From: a bacterium
GTDB lineage: Bacteria; Bdellovibrionota_C; UBA2361; CALJRW01
DNA length: 21,443 nt
Assembly (NCBI GenBank): GCA_031385045.1
Contig: JANNBC010000056.1
Span: forward strand, 1-21,443
Direction: 5' to 3'
Both the position numbers and the translations under genes were made by a program. Below, piece by piece: positions 20,100-21,443 of the stretch. Position 1 is the first letter of the stretch. Each line of letters starts with the position of its first letter. The notes under the pieces are model-generated. The model was not told the origin of the DNA and did not search any database. It was given only the letters and a program-made list of their open reading frames with translations.

Positions 20100-20372
20100 A
20101 TGAAAATAATACTAGCAATATGTCTTCTTGCACTCACAACATCATCAATAGCTTTCGCCGAACATATGGGCATGAAAGAGGAGATGGCTAAATGTGACAC
20201 CAATAAGGATGGAATGATTTCTAAAGATGAATTCATGAAATCTAAAACTGAAGTATTTATGAAAATGGATACTGATAAGAATGGAATGCTTAATGCATCT
20301 GAACAAAAAATGATGATGGATCACATGCACAAGATGCTAATGGACGACGGAATGAAGAAAAAAGATATGTAA
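20100..20372 (+). CDS. Secreted two-EF-hand, Met-rich protein; likely start 20100
   Basis: AGGA RBS, signal peptide ending AFA, EF loops DTNKDGMISKDE and DTDKNGMLNASE. Confidence 0.85.
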   Translation: MKIILAICLLALTTSSIAFAEHMGMKEEMAKCDTNKDGMISKDEFMKSKTEVFMKMDTDKNGMLNASEQKMMMDHMHKMLMDDGMKKKDM

Positions 20373-20378
20373 TCATTA

Positions 20379-20405
20379 TAGATTGGGGGTATGCCCCCCA
20401 ATCTA
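20379..20405. terminator. Hairpin between convergent genes, probable bidirectional terminator
   Basis: TAGATTGGGGG-TATGC-CCCCCAATCTA, a perfect 11-bp stem. Confidence 0.75.
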
Positions 20406-20420
20406 CTTGATAAGGTATAA

Positions 20421-21185
20421 TTAGCTTGCTGGATTTCTGGAAAGTATTATAAAACCGTAAGCCACAGGGAAACCATCGTTCGTAGTATAAGCACTGCCAC
20501 TACGAACTAAGTAGTCTTCTTCAAAATTAAAGAAGAAAATAAGATTAGTTGGATCACCGTTAGCTTCATTTATATCAACTTCCACATTGTATTAGTCAAC
20601 GATCTTCACAATCACTTCGCCATGTTCAGGATGTGAGAAGGAACTCTCGCCAGAAAAACTTAAGCCATCTATTGGGAAAATTACGCTATAGGAGTTTGAG
20701 CCAACAGCTGAGTTGAAAGTTTCGTCAAAAACTATATCAAGCGAAGTGTTAGCACCAACTTATCCAATAGCCAATGTAAGTGTTCCATTAATCGCTGGAA
20801 AAGGTATGACATCGCTAGTCGGTGTGGCTAAGTATGTACCTGAGAAATTTCCGGCAAGTTGATTAAAGATTAATTTAGTTAAATTTCCATTGAGGCAATC
20901 TGTGAGTGAAGCAAGAGTTGCTTTGTTTGATTTAATACAAGCCTTAAATTTTTTTGTTTTACCAGGTTCTCTATTTAGTTCGATTGATAAGTTTGTGCGA
21001 AGATTAGCAATTTTATGACCTATCGCTGTTTTCTTTGCTAAATAACTAACTTCATTATCTAGAAGGTAGATGACGCTATCACGACATACATAGCCTTCCT
21101 TAAGAGGAATACCTTCTGCGAAAGAAGAATTGGCCATCAAGGCACATAAAGTGATTAGTGCCAGTAACTTCGAATATAATTTTAT
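20421..21185 (-). pseudogene. Pseudogene of a ~254-aa secreted protein
   Basis: The frame of ORF 20760..21239 continues past TAA at 20760-20762 and TAA at 20592-20594 to a stop at 20421-20423. GGAG RBS is followed by ATA-KLYSKLLALITLCALMANSSFA signal peptide. Confidence 0.7.
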
Positions 21186-21300
21186 AAAAACTCCAAAAAA
21201 GAATCTGGCAACAGTACGTATAAAAAATCTATAATTCAATCGTTATTTCTGATCATGCTATAAAATTGATATTACAAGTCCAGGTTAGAAAAGTTTTAGA

Positions 21301-21316
21301 AAAGTTGCCTGGCTCC
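21301..21316 (+). repeat. Exact copy of the 16-bp repeat
   Basis: AAAGTTGCCTGGCTCC, identical to 17307-17322; overlaps a tandem duplication TTAGAAAAGTT x2 (21285-21306). Confidence 0.8.
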
Positions 21317-21443
21317 CACAGCCATTGACTTAAGGAATTAGAAGTTAATTTTATGTTTTGCTCTGTGATGATAGATCTTAGGATCTCGTCCTCTGTTACA
21401 CTCGTGGTGTCGTTTGGGGTGAATCCTGTCGGGTCTCACCACT

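Noticed and set aside
12662..20330. ORFs 12662..12880, 17311..17493, 18193..18405, 18760..18966, 20145..20330
   Set aside because: Antisense shadows of supported genes. 17311..17493 starts at the TTG inside the 16-bp repeat, and the His-richness of 20145..20330 only mirrors Met codons on the other strand.
20421..21185. Stop-codon reassignment (TAA read as sense)
   Set aside because: Intact genes here (bioD, ndh, mazF, EF-hand) end in TAA at expected lengths and conserved genes have no internal TAA. Pseudogenisation is simpler.

Overview
AT-rich, mosaic bacterial accessory region. It starts with the right end of an IS3-family element that cuts off the 5' part of a polytopic membrane protein gene. 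It then carries unrelated stand-alone genes: bioD, katG, a peptidase E-like protein, a DUF6766-like protein, type II NADH dehydrogenase, a CSLREA surface protein, a DUF3011 protein, an RHH antitoxin/MazF pair, an atypical kinase, a LivK-like binding protein, two pilin-like genes, a Met-rich EF-hand protein and several hypotheticals. The most notable unannotated signal is a 16-bp repeat (consensus AAAGTTGCCTGGCTCC) with about 14 exact-to-degenerate copies, none inside an intact gene. Inverted pairs of it bound a short ~80-bp foldable unit and a ~360-bp unit. Both long copies carry a decayed Phd/YefM-like antitoxin ORF. They bracket, in direct orientation, a 2-kb segment holding an intact mazEF-type module, and one repeat copy sits exactly where an HTH gene is truncated. 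This suggests a REP/REPIN- or MITE-like non-autonomous element family with toxin-antitoxin cargo. No cognate transposase is visible in the window. All family assignments come from motif recognition by eye, not database searches.
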